Shown piece after piece: positions 1 through 12,020 of a DNA stretch of 35,630 nucleotides. Numbering within the stretch: position 1 is the first letter of the stretch; every line of letters begins with the position of its first letter. The notes beneath the pieces were generated by a model. The model saw only the letters and a list, made by a program, of their open reading frames with translations, ran no database searches and was not told the DNA's origin. Position numbers and translations under genes: made by a program. Source of the stretch: Octopus bimaculoides (taxonomy: Eukaryota); assembly GCF_001194135.2 (NCBI RefSeq), contig NC_068987.1, forward strand, positions 52,773,644 to 52,809,273, read 5' to 3'.

Positions 1-200
1 AAAATATATAATATAATATATTTATACTATAAAATATATAATATAATATATTTATACTATAAAATATATAATATAATATATTTATACTATAAAATATATA
101 ATATAATATATTTATACTATAAAATATATAATATAATATATGTATACTATAAAATATATAATATAATATATTTATACTGTAAAATATATAATATAATATA
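1..200. repeat. AT-rich minisatellite, 30-bp unit (AAAATATATAATATAATATATTTATACTAT), about 6.7 copies, runs off the window start
   Basis: The unit repeats exactly every 30 nt. Single substitutions occur in copy 5 (TGTATAC) and copy 6 (ACTGT). Confidence 0.95.
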
Positions 201-1189
201 ACAAATAAGTAAAGCAAATATATATCCTACAATTCGTTTCGACTGATATCCACAGGTGAAATTATAAAAGTGGAATTTATGCATATGAGTCTCCTCAAGA
301 TAATATTTGCCTAAAATGTAGACAAAATTTGATGGAAGGACTGCTCAATCATAAAATGGACTTATTCAAAATATAGCTGTTTACAAGCCTGAGCTTTAAT
401 AATTTTAAAATAAATTTATAAACAAAACAATAACAACAGTCATAAAATGTTCTTATGCATCTTTAATAGTATTAATATTAATATTTTAATCTGAAATAAT
501 CACTCCTCATCTTTATTATACAATAAAATCTATACAATATGTTAAGCATTTACGGTAGTGTAGGAAATACATTTTATTAAAAATTTCCGTATACTTTAAT
601 GGAAAAATAACCAAGTATATGTTTTATTCAATGCTAAATTCATTAAAAAAACTTTTAACCAGCGATTCATTAATTCAAAAGTTTCTTCTAAATACGTCGA
701 TGTTAAATTATACTATTTCTCAAATAAAAATGATAATAATATATAAATAAAGTATCAAAATTTTACTTAAAGAAATAAATTAGAGTAAGCCAATAGTCTC
801 ATTGTTCTATAATTTTTATGCGCATACAAGTTCGAAAGAACATAATATGATGATATATATCAAATATTATAGATTCTAGAAGAAATATTCATATATACAT
901 AATTATTGAAAAATATATTAAACTGTATTTAAGAATTATTCTAATCTATTTATGAGTAGTAATATAAACATTTTTCTTCGTAAATAGCAAGTAAAAAACA
1001 CAAATTTACTTAGTTTAGGATAGGAAAAAAACACTGTAAATCAATATTTATGTACTTATATCTTCATTGCTTACGGACAAATAACCGGAAATACGTACTT
1101 ACACAGGAAATGCTTTGAATCAAGATAGGGCATTTTATAAAATTATTTATATATTATTATTATTAAATTTGATTAGACGTATATATGTA

Positions 1190-1198
1190 GGATGTATA

Positions 1199-1242
<44 letters not shown>

Positions 1243-1278
1243 TGTGTGTATGTGTGTGTGTGTGTATGTGTGTATGTA
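1190..1278. repeat. (GT)n/(GTAT) microsatellite
   Basis: Read directly from the sequence. Confidence 0.95.
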
Positions 1279-1371
1279 TCTACATTTTAGATTGATATAC
1301 GAAGAGACTTAGCATAAATTCGAATTTTTATAGATTCAGTATTGGATATGAGTCGAAACAATCGTAGGATT

Positions 1372-1435
1372 TGTTTATATATTATATTATATGTTATATT
1401 ATATTATATCATATTATATTATATTATATTATATC
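1372..1435. repeat. (TATAT)n pentanucleotide microsatellite, followed by (TA)n and an N gap
   Basis: ATATT/TATAT units repeat with two substitutions. Confidence 0.85.
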
Positions 1436-3001
1436 TTTTACAGTTTAATGATATATATATATATATATATATANNNNNNNNNNNNNNNNNNNNNNNNNNN
1501 NNNNNNNNNNNNNNNNNNNNNNNNNNNNNNNNNNNNNNNNNNNNNNNNNNNNNNNNNNNNNNNNNATATATATACATATATATAGATATATATACATATA
1601 TATACATATATTTATATATGTATGTATATATGTATATGTATATGTATATATGAATAACTACATACATATTGCATTGTATATGTGTTTCTGTCATTGGAAA
1701 CAGTGATCCGAATGAATAATAATATTTGAAGCCCATCGTTTACACGTTCCCTGAATATTGAATATGTCTACTTTTTTAAGAAATAAACGTATTTTATCTT
1801 ACGTTTTCACATTTGTTGTAGCTAATTTTATGGTTCATTTTCCCCATCATTCTTTTCTCATTAAGAGATAGCTAAATGTGTAAATATTTAATATTCTGAA
1901 TTGTAGCCCATCTCTCAGTCCTGCCTTTCAAATTTGCTTTGCAAATTGTCATATATTCATGATATCAGTATTACATAAAATTATCGGTGGAGGTCTAATA
2001 TGATTCTAGCATTGATATCACCTGCTTAATTTCAATAAATCATGATAGTTTTAGCGTGAAATCAAGATAACCTAACGATAGAATTATGAATGGGGCATAA
2101 CTCACATATAATTACAACAGTGACGTGACATATTAACGAAGGAAACTACGTGTTCACTAGACGATGTGTATTATAAACCAACCAATTCTCCATTAAATCA
2201 AAACTGAGAGTCTTAAAAACAAGGATATCACATTGCATAATATAAATGTAATACATGTGACATTAAGATGTAGTTTTCACTGATCTCAGACCATTTAAAT
2301 TTCATCAGATCCATATTTGCTGCTACAAAACAACAGCATCAACAATCAAATGATGTCGCAAGTAAGGAACTTCTATGTTGAATTTCGACCTGATAAAATT
2401 AAAAATCGTATCTACCCAGAATTGTACAACAACATTGTGCAAATATGCTTTCATTGCACAGTGGTTACTATTAGAAGTCGGGATGGCTATCGTTTGAACG
2501 ATTTAGATTTTGACAGGTTTTCTCTATTTTAAAAGAAAACGCAGTGACAAAAACGGTGAAGTAACAATCCACATTTTTTCTGCTGACACTACAGTTTGTG
2601 TTATGCACTGTATATTTTTGTGTTGCTCCATAANNNNNNNNNNNNNNNNNNNNNNNNNNNNNNNNNNNNNNNNNNNNNNNNNNNNNNNNNNNNNNNNNNN
2701 NNNNNNNNNNNNNNNNNNNNNNNNNNNNNNNNNNNNNNNNNNNNNNNNNNNNNNNNNNNNNNNNNNNNNNNNNNNNNNNNNNNNNNNNNNNNNNNNNNNN
2801 NNNNNNNNNNNNNNNNNNNNNNNNNNNNNNNNNNNNNNNNNNNNNNNNNNNTATATATATATATATATATATTTGCTTTTATTCAAAGTGAATTGAATTT
2901 AAACTTTCTCCTTTTCTATATTGAAAAATTAATATAAATATATTGCTTCAGTTTTACACTTAATAAAAATATTCACAATATTTATTCACAAATCTCTGCA
3001 G

Positions 3002-3208
3002 ACGCCAGCAACATACCTGGACAAATACAACAATAAACGAGGAAACGAATATAGCAAATTTCATGGTTACGCATTTGACGGAATCTGGGTGATTGCAAAA
3101 GCATTTGATCGTCTGGCGAGAAAGCGGAAACGGCGACATACACCTTTAGTCTTTACTCGTGAGGAAGTTACTGCAGCTCTAAATGCAACAAATTTTCTTG
3201 GTGTGACG
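3002..3208 (+). CDS. GABBR2: Internal coding exon of a GABA-B receptor subunit 2-like class C GPCR (Venus-flytrap domain), 69 codons, phase 0/0
   Basis: Acceptor is aatctctgcAG (AG at 3000-3001) and donor is ACG|GTatgt (GT at 3209-3210). The stop-free translation is TPATYLDKYNNKRGNEYSKFHGYAFDGIWVIAKAFDRLARKRKRRHTPLVFTREEVTAALNATNFLGVT. It matches the GABA-B R2 motifs YNNKR, SKFHGYA(Y/F)DGIWVIAK and N-x-T-N-F-x-G-V-T as recalled from vertebrate GABBR2. It is absent from the ORF track because it has no ATG. Confidence 0.93.
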
Positions 3209-3416
3209 GTATGTATCATTTTATATTTAGCGAAGTAGTAAAGGGAGGTATTTTGTATATTTGATCATCGTCACAAGCACGGAAGTACACACGTATGTAC
3301 AAACATAAAGACACAAACATAGACACAGCAAAGAGCAAATGGTACCCACACACATCTATACATAATGAGAGATATATAGTAGTAGGTCGCGAGATAGGTA
3401 TGAATGTGCGTCAGTA

Positions 3417-3458
<42 letters not shown>

Positions 3459-3515
3459 GAAATATGTATATAACCATATGCGTATATACTCATGTATATA
3501 TATATATATATATAT

Positions 3516-3610
3516 AGCCACAGATGTGGCTGTCTGGTAAGAGGCTTGCTTTCCAGTATTGCCTTGGTCTGAGCTGACCCTTGTCAGCGGTTTTGGCAGG
3601 CGAAAAGCGT
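3516..3610 (+). mobile_element. Internally deleted tRNA-derived SINE relic, same family as 19645-20036
   Basis: GATGTGGCTGTCTGGTAAGAGGCTTGCTT matches the 19645 head (GAGTGGGTGTGTGGTAAGTAGCTTGCTT). It then jumps to a degenerate CTGACCCTTGTCAGCGGTTTTGG block resembling CTGACCAAAGCCTTGTTAGTGGATTTGG. Confidence 0.55.
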
Positions 3611-3633
3611 GTATGTATATATTATATAATATG

Positions 3634-3673
<40 letters not shown>

Positions 3674-5542
3674 TATATACATTCTTACATATATAGTTTG
3701 TTCATACATACACACATAACACTTAAAATTTGATTAGTTGCATGGTTAATCTTGCATGCTTGAATAAAATCTTGTCAAAATTCGCACATTTTTACTCAAC
3801 TTACTGATTGAGTCTTAAGACAAATTAAAGTGCTATAAGTCTAAGGGATGAAAATACATAATTTCCGTGTACTGAAGATTAAGAAAAATGCATGAAATCA
3901 ATTAAATTATAAAGTAATTATACTTTCTCTTTTGTTAATTTATCTTCTTGTTTCTCTGTTTCTTTTTTTTTTTAATCATTAACTATAGTTGTTTTTGATA
4001 CCATAATTGTTCTTGATATTCAAACATGGAGGAAATAAATTAGTGCTGTCCTGAGAACTGTTTCCCCATGGTATCCCATAAAACATAAGGGAAAAGTTAT
4101 GCAAAATAAAAAATATGTAATTGGGAATAGAAGGGAAACTGTTTGTATAATCTAATGATCAAAAAAAAAAAATCAGCCTCTAGAAAATTAGTAAGTTCCG
4201 TTTGAACTATTATTATAGTTGTAAACAGATGGTACATCACAACAATCATTAAACCTTAATTCTCAACCTGCAAATATGCTTGATGGATTAAATTTTTACT
4301 CGCAAAAGTTCACTACTGTTGATATATTATGTCCTTTATTTTTGTATATGTACTGATTTAATATTTCTATTCTTCTTTGCGTTCTTTGTATTGAAACAGT
4401 AGGGCGTGATGGGAGTAATCAAACATAATTTTTGTAGGTGTGGTGAGCAAAATATGCGTTGGTTCATTGACAATCATTCCGCCACATTCCGACAGAGCCC
4501 ACATTAGTCAATCAACATATTGCTAGAAATAGCAGCCAGATATCTCTTATACATAACAAAAAGGAAAATAAAATATAGCTGAATAAGTCCTATGTAATTA
4601 TGAAAAGACGGTATGGTGATAACTTCATTGTGTTTCTCTCTGGGCTTCCGCGACTAAAATTGACCATCATAAATAATGACAATTACACAAATAACAGAAA
4701 AGGGCAATGAAAACATGTATCAGTGTAGTACATGCAAAGGTGTTTATTTTAAAAGTTAACTTCAATTCTAATAAACTAATCATTATAAGCTCACTGCGTT
4801 TTCGATGAAGATACCGAATAACAAACGCATTATCATACATAGACTAATGCTAAATATTCTATATTGAAGAACTTGATTCCGAACTGAGCAATAAAAAAAT
4901 ATCAGTTTTAATAGGAACATCAGATGAGTAATATGACTGATTAAAATTCTTCCTATTTATCTGAGAGTCTATCTGTCTACATAGTAAAGTAGCTATCTAA
5001 ATACCTATCAGAATTTTTTCTTTGATTATCTGTCTATTTAGAGCTCAGGAAAAAGACGCAGATGTTTCTCACTTCGCTTTTAATCGTCTAATATCACACT
5101 ATTGACCTGTCCACTAATCTTAATACGGAATTGCAGTTGTTCACAGATAAGCTCTATGAAAATNNNNNNNNNNTATATACATGTGCATATATGGATAGTG
5201 GGCATCACCAACAATAAACAACAGAATATTCGAAAACAAATAAGTTCAGTATGCAAACAACGAAAGAAACAAATGAAAAACTGCTGAAGTAACACAAAGA
5301 ATGACCCTTCATCAGTTGTCCGCTGTCGATCTACTCCTCATTTCGAGTATTGAACAACAATATGAATCTCCGAAGAGGGTGGCTCCCATACGTACCAAAA
5401 TAAAATTTGGGATTCATAGAGCCTCAAAGTTGATTATTGTCCATTTACATTTCCTTAGTAGACTTACATTAATAACATACAAAACACCAGCAACAAGAAC
5501 AGCAACGGCAACAACAAGAACACCAATGAAAATAATATTTTC

Positions 5543-5741
5543 AACTTTTGCCACAAGGCAGTAAATTTGGAGGCAGGTGTTAAGTCTATTACACCGACAC
5601 CAGTGTTCAACTGGTAGCTATTTGATCCAACATGCCAAGATGAAAGGCAAAGGCGAAGTTTCAATTCAGAAGGAAAAGACGGACAAAATACCGCTAATAT
5701 TTTTATTCGGCGTATTAACAATTCTCTAAACCTCGTTGCCG
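5543..5741 (-). mobile_element. Diverged tRNA-derived SINE, same head and core as 17015-17246 but a different 3' tail
   Basis: It shares CTGGTA...GATGAAAGGCAAAG...AATACCG...GGCGT..TAAC blocks with the 17015-17246 copy. Confidence 0.7.
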
Positions 5742-5761
5742 TAATAAACATGATAATGATA

Positions 5762-5773
5762 AAACTACTACTG

Positions 5774-5819
<46 letters not shown>

Positions 5820-5830
5820 CAATAATAATA
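5762..5830. repeat. (ACT)n microsatellite with a short (AAT)n end
   Basis: Read directly from the sequence. Confidence 0.95.
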
Positions 5831-5967
5831 CATTGTTTACATTATTTACGTTTGACGGATATTTGTCCTCATCTTGCTTGTTGCTAACACAACGTTTCGG
5901 CTGATATATCAGCCAGCCTTCATCAGGTGTCTTGGGGAAATTTCGGACGTGGGTTCTCATTCTTAAG
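5831..5967 (-). mobile_element. Short retroelement fragment carrying a hammerhead motif (Penelope-like terminal repeat or PLE-derived non-autonomous element)
   Basis: About 140 nt of non-simple sequence lies between two microsatellites. It contains the hammerhead core and ends on the minus strand in an AATGTA-type tail (AAATAATGTAAACAATGTA). Confidence 0.55.
5886..5931 (-). ncRNA. Minimal type I hammerhead ribozyme motif (Penelope type)
   Basis: Minus strand reads GACAC-CTGATGA-A-GGCTG-gctgatatat-CAGCC-GAAA-CG-TT-GTGTT. Helix I is GACAC/GTGTT, with conserved CUGAUGA and GAAA boxes. Helix II is GGCTG/CAGCC, helix III is palindromic ACGU, and the cleavage triplet is GUU. One extra A lies between the CUGAUGA box and helix II. 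Confidence 0.7.
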
Positions 5968-6019
<52 letters not shown>

Positions 6020-6076
6020 CATTATTATTGTTGTTGTTGTTGTTATTATTATTATTATTACTACTATTATTATTAT
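5968..6076. repeat. Compound (TAT)n(TGT)n(TAT)n microsatellite
   Basis: Read directly from the sequence. Confidence 0.95.
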
Positions 6077-6447
6077 GGAGGCGCAATGGCCCAGTGGTTA
6101 GGGCAGCGGAATCGCGGTCATAGGATCGTGGTTTCGATTACCAGATCGGGCGTTGTGAGTGTTTATTGAGCAAAAACACCTAAAGCTCCACGAGGCTCCG
6201 GCAGGGGACGGAGGCGAACACTGCTGTACTCTTTCACCACAACTTTCTCTTACTTCCTGTTTTTGTTGTGCCTGTAATTCAAAGGGTCAGCCTTGTCACA
6301 CTGTGTCACGCTGAATATTCCCGAGAACTACGTTAAGGGTACACGTGTCTGTGGAGTGCTCAGCCACTGGCACGTTAATTTCACGAGCAGGCTGTTCCGT
6401 TGATCGGATCAACTGGAACCCTCGACGTCGTAAGCGACGGAGTGCCA
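6077..6447 (+). mobile_element. Near full-length tRNA-derived SINE (about 370 nt)
   Basis: The 5' GGAGGCGCAA-TGGCCCAGTGG is an A box (6087-6097) and GGTTTCGATTACC is B-box-like (6130-6142). A unique body follows, with two 3' hairpins and a (CCA)n/(AAT)n tail. Confidence 0.85.
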
Positions 6448-6464
6448 CCACCACCACCACCAAC

Positions 6465-6559
<95 letters not shown>

Positions 6560-6654
6560 GACGAAGATGGACAAGAAGAATGTTTTCGTTCATAACAGTG
6601 ATAATGATGATGATGATGACGTCGACGACGACGATAATAATGATGATGATGAAA

Positions 6655-6684
<30 letters not shown>
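6444..6684. repeat. Compound (CCA)n(AAT)n...(GAT/GAC)n microsatellite
   Basis: Read directly from the sequence. Confidence 0.95.
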
Positions 6685-6685
<1 letters not shown>

Positions 6686-7050
6686 GTGAGGAGGGATGGA
6701 GGAGGACGTCGATGACATCGACGAGGTTCATGACGAAAAAGGTGATGATATATAATTTTTTTATTAAAACTAAACCTTATCAACTGATTAGATTATCAAA
6801 TATTCAAAGATTGCGTAACGTTTGTACAGAAGCTATAAAATTTATAATGAACCCCGGAGAGAGATAATGCCAAAATATGCTGCTTTAAACTTAGTCAAAC
6901 AATGACTTGAAATCATCAATGGAAGAAGGAGAATTTTTTACGTATCATAGCACATAAGCGAATACGTAGCTATAACACCATTTTCTCATTGAAAATGTTA
7001 GAGGTATTTCGGTTGCCATCAGGTTTCACACAGACACAGGTAGGATATAT

Positions 7051-7096
<46 letters not shown>

Positions 7097-7154
7097 CTTC
7101 CTTTATCAAAATATGCTATGAAGATAGAAATAACCTTTCTTTTCCATAATATTA

Positions 7155-8162
7155 TTCAATAAAGCCAACTTCAGCTTCAACAACTGATTCTATATGAGAT
7201 CTAAATCATCTACATGCTCGAATCGAGTTGTCCTGGTTCATTTTGGGCATTACTTCGACTATGGCAGCATTCAAAGTATCTTCGGTATTTTGGGCGTGTT
7301 CCTTGAGCCCTCTTTCAAAAACGCTCCCCATGTAATAGTCCAACGGATAGAGATCTGGGGAATTAGAAGGTCAAATATTAGGGGTTATGTGACCATGAAC
7401 ATTTTTAGCCATCCATTCCTGTGTTACTAGAGTGATATGTGATAGTGCAAAGACTTATTTAAACACATATAACGTTCCATTGCATACACTGTCTATCTAG
7501 GGCTTAACAATTATTTCCAGGACCTTAATGTAGGCGGCATTGGGGAAAGAAGTAAAAAGGCCATCGCATGTCCTTTATTGCTGACAACTCGTAAAACCAT
7601 GACGGTTGCAGGAAATTTTGTATGCATAACACTTGGAACTTCAGAAAGGTCTACACATGACCATCTGTCATTTCTTCAGTTAGTTTTTTGAACTTTTTCT
7701 CGTTAGAGAAAAAGCAAATCAAATCTCTGCTGGATTTTTCAGTTTGTTTAAGAATCTTTTAGACTCTTCCTTCTGACATATAGAGATATGTTGTAATTGA
7801 TCTCAGAGATTTTCTGAGTTTGTAATCAATTGTTTGTTGAAATTGCTGGATAAATGCAAGTGTTCTGATGATCTCAGTGGATTTAAAATGCGTTTTATGC
7901 TTTGATACTGGTGATATGTTTCCATCTTCAGTTCCCAATTCCTTACAAATTTTGTAGACGAAAGACTTAGAAACTTTTAAAAATCGAGATATTTTTATAA
8001 GTCGCTCAGCCTTTATAAGCACAATAACAGCAAGCCTCTTAGTTTCTTGAGTGAGCTGAGGGACTGCCATTATAAATTACTGAAACAAAGATTATACAGC
8101 TTTAGGAAAAAATGCAGCAATGACTTCAAAAATGTTTGTCCTCAATGACCTTACGCATCCTG
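7155..8162 (-). mobile_element. Decayed Tc1/mariner-superfamily transposon, DD37D (maT) family, internally deleted
   Basis: Minus-strand translation starts with the N-terminal HTH MAVPQLTQETKRLAVIVLIK...KVSKSFVYK. It continues FFSNEKKF (FSDEK motif), TKFPATVMVL, YVFK*VFALSH (degenerate FQQDSAPSH) and *PSNSPDLYPLDYY, ending ...EAEVGFIE*. Exactly 37 residues separate the 2nd and 3rd catalytic Asp positions. The left end reads TA|CAGGATGCG at 8164-8162. There are several stops, and the other TIR was not found. Confidence 0.88.
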
Positions 8163-9139
8163 TATGTATTATATAGGTGTATGTGTGTGTGTTTGTGTAT
8201 GTATATATAGTGAAGAAGAGGTAAAGACAGAGGGAAATACATACATAAATGCATGCACACACATTTGCACAAAAAACACCCACTGACACATTTTTGTACG
8301 GCATAAACATACGTGTATATACAAATGTATGCATTTCTGTCTCTCTCTGTCTCTGTTTGTCTATATGTCTGTCTGTCTGTCTGTCTGTCTGTATATACCT
8401 CTCTCCCTCTCCCCCCTCTCTCTCTCTCTCTGTATATATATATATATATATATATATGTACATGCATATGTATATATATATATACGTGTGTGTGTGTATG
8501 TATATATTTAAATGACTGTGGAGAGGTAAGGTTTTCCAGTTGAAATATGAATTTTTATTCATTGAATATATCCAACCGAAGATAACCAACAGTGTACCAC
8601 AGAATAATGGAAGAGTTTCCACAATATACCATAACAATCAATTTGTGTGAGCAGCTCGCGCACCACAATTTTTCTCAATTTTGATAAATATGCTTAGAAA
8701 TTCGATAGCTTATTATCTAGAACTTAACCGACCGTTTTATATTTCACATATATATCAGAATAATAACATAGATAACGCTATCTTTCACTAAAATGAATTT
8801 ATGAAGGCTTCATTTACTTCGACGGTGAAAATCGTAAGATTAATACATAGATGAACTAATAGATGGACAGTTCATAAATATAGGTCAAGTGTTAATATTG
8901 CCAATCGTTATTCGTGAATGAAGTTTACAGATTGGTTAGGTCTCGATGAATAGTTTGTGTAATTATTCTATGCTATCACGATCAGGATTGAGTATGTCAA
9001 TAACAAGATTATTAATTATTACAGATTATCAGTTTAGGTTGATGTGTACATCGGTAGGATGTAATTGTTCTGTTTATGTAAAATATTGCTTGTGCGCTAA
9101 GTACGTTCAGAGCGTTATAAATATATACACACTCGCAGG

Positions 9140-9234
<95 letters not shown>

Positions 9235-10461
9235 TCGTATATATTCGTATGTATACACACACATTCGTATATATCTGTAGTATCATATAATCGTGTGGCA
9301 ATCTCAGAAATCTCCTCTAGCAGGCTTAGTTAACAGAATATATTTTATTCCATACAAAGGAGTACACGTCAGAATTCCGTGAAGTTGAGATCCAGGAGAT
9401 CCGATGAATATGTGTATTTCATAAGATGTATATAGGCATCTAGATATAATTTTTTATAGATTGGAATTATTATCACATGATGAAGGCTGCGGAATGGCCA
9501 TAGTCCTATGGATGCCAAGAGTTCAGCTCTCATACCTCCTGAGATTGGATTTCCGTCGATCGATATTGAGATTTTCACTAGTTGATGCACCGAATTCACA
9601 GCTCAAGAAACCATGCATATATGGAGGAGAATTCCGCAGACGCATCTGTATTTGGTTTAATTCTCAGGCGGATTCAGCGTAATGTGCAACTCTGAATCCG
9701 CTTGTGGCTTGTGCTTACACGTAAAATTATTTTATTAAAATCTGCCTCCTCAGAATCCATCAATATGTTTTGACCTACAGGCGTCTTATCGAACCACTTT
9801 TATTCAGCACAAAATTAGCTTGACCCGACGCTCTAGTAGTTAACGCGTTCAGCTGCTTCGACGCGATATGAACAAGATATGTATACACACACATATACAC
9901 AGACACACAAACATACATACACACACAATTCTCTGTCTCTCTCTGTCCTTCTCTGTCCCTCTCTCTCACTCTGTCCTTCTCTGTCCCCCTCTCTCTCTCT
10001 GTCATTCTCTGCCCCTCTCTCTGTCTCTCTCTCTGTCTCTCTCTCTCTCNNNNNNNNNNNNNNNNNNNNNNNNNNNNNNNNNNNNNNNNNNNNNNNNNNN
10101 NNNNNNNNNNNNNNNNNNNNNNNNNNNNNNNNNNNNNNNNNNNNNNNNNNNNNNNNNNNNNNNNNNNNNNNNNNNNNNNNNNNNNNNNNNNNNNNNNNNN
10201 NNNNNNNNNNNNNNNNNNNNNNNNNNNNNNNNNNNNNNNNNNNNNNNNNNNNNNNNNNNNNNNNNNNNNNNNNNNNNNNNNNNNNNNNNNNNNNNNNNNN
10301 NNNNNNNNNNNNNNNNNNNNNNNNNNNNNNNNNNNNNNNNNNNNNNNNNNNNNNNNNNNNNNNNNNNNNNNNNNNNNNNNNNNNNNNNNNNNNNNNNNNN
10401 NNNNNNNNNNNNNNNNNNNNNNNNNNNNNNNNNNNNNNNNNNNNNNNNNNNNNNNNNNNNN

Positions 10462-10493
<32 letters not shown>

Positions 10494-12020
10494 AAGACTG
10501 AGAGAGAGACAGACAGACAGACAAACAGAAAGAGGGAGAGAGATTAAGATGTATGTATACGAAAACATACGTAAAATATTGAATTTTTTTATTGTTTCAG
10601 TCCCAATATAAAATGATCGGAATGATATGAAATATTTGAGTCTTTATTTAACATCCCCTATCTCTTCCACAATCGTACGTTAAGTTTCCTTCCACGAGGA
10701 GAAATCCTACTTAACTTTGATCAATATCAATGCCTTCCTACTTTTCGTTCCATTCAATATTTACCTCTGCAGTACACTCATACTATTTCGTTTAATTGAT
10801 CAATGTTAATAAACATCAACTCGCAAATTCAGCATTCACGCTGTTTTCTCATTAAATCAATCGAACTCTTCAAGTGATTCCTAAAGAAAAATATTGCAGT
10901 GAAAAAAGGAGAGAATAATCTTTACATTTCTACATTTCGATTTACTGCAAGCGATATTGATGATAGATTTAAAACGCTCCTTAATTACATTTTTGTTCTT
11001 ATTCTATTATTATTACGGTTTCTTTCTCTTATTATTAGTTTAATGTCCTCGATGATGCTCTTGTTATAGAAGATGTAGCTCCTGTTGTTTTTATTTATTT
11101 CCATTCATAAGTGCTTCGTCGTAGTAAGATTTAAAAAATGCACTGAATCTGCGTAGGAGACTATTAGTCGAGTGACAAACACATGAAAAAGGAAGACTGC
11201 ACTATTCAATTTCTGAATAATACTGCTTAAAACGATGACGTGATAATAATAATATTATTGTGTTGGACAAAATGCGTAGCAGCATTTTATTACGTCTTTA
11301 TCAAGCTTTGCATTCAAATCTTGCCGTGCTCAGTTTGGTTTTGCTTCTTTACATGCTCAATAAAATATAGAAACTATCCATCCTCGTGTCCGTTGATAAA
11401 AGATGTTATATTATTTCCTAATGCTGCAACATGTGAGGAATGACCCATATAACACTTTGCATTTTCTTATATGGGAAACTCAGCAAATCGTATTGAATGA
11501 TACCCTTCCACACTTAACTCAACTATAAATGAAATCATATCATTTTTTGACTTTCTGGCAGAACCGTTTATTCGTCGGACGAAAAGGTGTCGGTGTTCCA
11601 CCAGGTAGAAAGTGAAATGGATGGACAGTTTGTTTCCTTATTATCTGGATAAAACATTTGCGAACATGTATTACAGTATACCAAGCCATACTTGGTAGTG
11701 AGTGACAACTAGCGGTTCCAGTGTGAATTAGCTAAAAATACATGATCGAAACGTGATCGAAACCAAGTGTGACTATATATTAGTATCAATTACACAAACA
11801 CATTTGATTTCTAATTTTGATAAATCTCTCCAGAATATCTCTGGCCTATAGTGTTTGATTTAGCTGATGTATTGGATTCTGAGGAAGGACAAAAATAAAG
11901 CGAATGCTTCATCAAAGAAGAAGATGGTAGTTAATTAGATAAATAACACAATGAATTGAAGTCAGAAACCCAACGCCGCTTGTATTATAACAATAGTAAG
12001 ATCTACTGTGGATTGGCACA

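Noticed and set aside
1-200. Regular 30-bp repeat as a possible CRISPR-like array
   Set aside because: The units are directly adjacent with no unique spacers, in a eukaryotic context, so this is an ordinary minisatellite.
2317-2532. 71-aa ORF upstream of the GABBR2 exon
   Set aside because: It has no recognisable motif, no convincing splice sites and no similarity to the expected preceding exon.
6077-6150. tRNA gene candidates at SINE heads (also 17170-17246 and 19645-19715)
   Set aside because: A and B boxes are present, but no complete cloverleaf or terminator, and each continues into a SINE body.
8806-8833. GFIYFDGENR followed by GTAAGA, superficially like the next GABA-B exon
   Set aside because: The only AG overlaps the Gly codon and gives the wrong phase, there is no polypyrimidine tract, and the segment is too short.
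9473-9505. CACATGATGAAGGCTG, resembling the 5' half of the hammerhead at 5886-5931
   Set aside because: The first core base is A rather than C, and there is no GAAA box or helix I partner.
11745-11765. GATCGAAAC direct repeat including GAAACGT
   Set aside because: There is no CUGANGA box upstream, so it is not a hammerhead.
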